Positions 63,601-64,000 of a stretch of 64,000 nt of DNA are shown one piece after another (position 1 is the stretch's first letter; each line of letters starts with the position of its first letter). A model generated the notes under the pieces. It saw only the letters and a list, made by a program, of their open reading frames with translations. It did no database searches and was not told the DNA's origin. A program made the translations under genes and the position numbers. The stretch comes from an uncultured Candidatus Entotheonella sp. Its GTDB lineage: Bacteria; Tectomicrobia; Entotheonellia; Entotheonellales; Entotheonellaceae. The stretch is from positions 608,001-672,000 of the forward strand of contig CBDCDA010000001.1 of assembly GCA_965215335.1 (NCBI GenBank), written 5' to 3'.

Positions 63601-64000
63601 CCGTTGCAACCCTTGTCGAAGGGCAGGAAGTGCGTCGCCTGGCCGGCCAGGCGAGTGGTCATGCGTACCGCTTCGGTATCCACCGCAAAATGCACCAGCG
63701 TGCGGCGCTTGAACACGAAGACCGGCTCGCGCGGGTCGCGGTCCTGCTGGTACTGGCGCACCGCATCCTCTACCCGCTGGCCTGTCAGCGGGTTCTTCAG
63801 TTCCAGCGTCACGACAGGGATGCCGTTCAGGCTCAGGGTGACGTCCAGCGACTGCTCGGAACGCGGCGAAAAGTGGAGTTGGCGGGTCAGCCCCAGACGG
63901 TTGGCCGCGTAACGGGATTCAAGCTCGGGATTCAACTCGTGCGCCGCCTTGAAGTAGGCGGCGCGGAGCGTTCGCCCGTAGCACTTGAAGCCGTGCCGCA
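60672..64000 (-). CDS. hsdR: Type I restriction enzyme R subunit with a C-terminal S24/LexA-like domain (5' partial)
   Basis: [38 protein letters not shown]; the frame stays open to the window edge. Confidence 0.93.
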   Translation of the reverse strand, partial: RHGFKCYGRTLRAAYFKAAHELNPELESRYAANRLGLTRQLHFSPRSEQSLDVTLSLNGIPVVTLELKNPLTGQRVEDAVRQYQQDRDPREPVFVFKRRTLVHFAVDTEAVRMTTRLAGQATHFLPFDKGCNGAAGNPPDPAGRTYRTAYLWEEVLRRDSLLDILARFIHLQTAEKRDDQGRKVRTESMIFPRYHQLEAVRTLVDAARRESAGNNYLVEHSAGSGKSNTIAWLAHRLASLHDAANDRVFDSVVVVTDRVVLDQQLQDTIYQFEHKRGVVQRIDESSRQLAEALDHAVPVIITTLQKFPFVSRHLLRLAEERGTTGTGTLATRRCAVIVDEAHSSQGGETATDLKEVLGGEALREAARQRAAAEGREDLEALFRSMAKRGRQANLSFFAFTATPKHKTLAVFGRHGRPVHRYTMRQAIEEGFILDVLKFYTTYRTYFNLLKACDDDPNVERKKAARALARFMRLHPHNVAQKTEVMVEHFEAVTRHKIGGRAKAMVVTGSRLEAVRYKQGFDRYIREKGYAIRSLVAFSGTVADDELAGVTHTEPGMNHGLPEKELPEKFATPAYQVLLVAEKYQTGFDQPLLHTMYVDKRLAGIQAVQTLSRLNRVHPRKEDTFVLDFVNDREEIQEAFKTYYEGAAMGEEVDPARMYAVKGELDASGVYLGEEVERFCGVYFAPKQRQSAADHRTMNAAIDPAVARFAARRDENEEEAEDWRGKLQAFLNLYAFLSQVIPYQDSDLERLYVFLRHLAAKLPRRKSGPAYRFDDEVRLEYYRLQKISEGSIALQGGEARRLDGPTEVGSGMARPQAVPLSQLVDALNERFGTDFNQADQLFFDQIVAAALADDGVRQAAAVNPGDKFELVFKGLLENLFVERMDQNEGIFVRFMNDASFQNAVTERMASEAYRRLTSDAGSRGPGQAARDALPPRLRVVEPRPEERYVTCVPLVPLKAAAGAFSDSQHLDDDGFAWVAVDTTRRLRRGMFVAQVVGRSMEPRIPDGAYCLFAAPVAGTRQGKTVLVQMRDGTDPESGQRYTVKRYQSEKASDGDAWRHARITLKPVNRDFAPIVLTGADEGQLQVVAEVVDVLDGKREDDRNGVSING

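Overview
GC-rich bacterial chromosomal segment, mostly housekeeping genes on the minus strand: cysS-phosphatase-purN-pyrG-purL; rplM-rpsI-rpsB-tsf-pyrH-frr-cdsA-dxr; ffh-rpsP-rimM-trmD-rplS-rnhB-yraN; def-fmt-rsmB-rpe; cysH, dksA-like, priA. These are mixed with accessory metabolic genes (two LLM oxidoreductases, two SDRs, SolA-like oxidase, hydantoinase/oxoprolinase A/B, LarA-domain protein, rhodanese). There are three restriction-modification loci: an orphan Dam-like MTase, an RHH + broken REase + M.PvuII-like MTase, and a partial Type I HsdR with a C-terminal LexA/S24 domain. There are two nested IS clusters (1-1.8 kb, 35-39.3 kb) and a small toxin-antitoxin/defence-like islet (39.2-41.6 kb). 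The strongest signal absent from the ORF track is a 42-codon Cys-rich leader peptide with an antiterminator/terminator switch upstream of cysH, i.e. a trp-style cysteine-sensing transcription attenuator. A single-base frameshift in the normally essential frr suggests indel errors in the sequence, so other single-base frameshifts are provisional. I saw no tRNA, rRNA or CRISPR array. All calls come from reading motifs by eye; no database searches were run.
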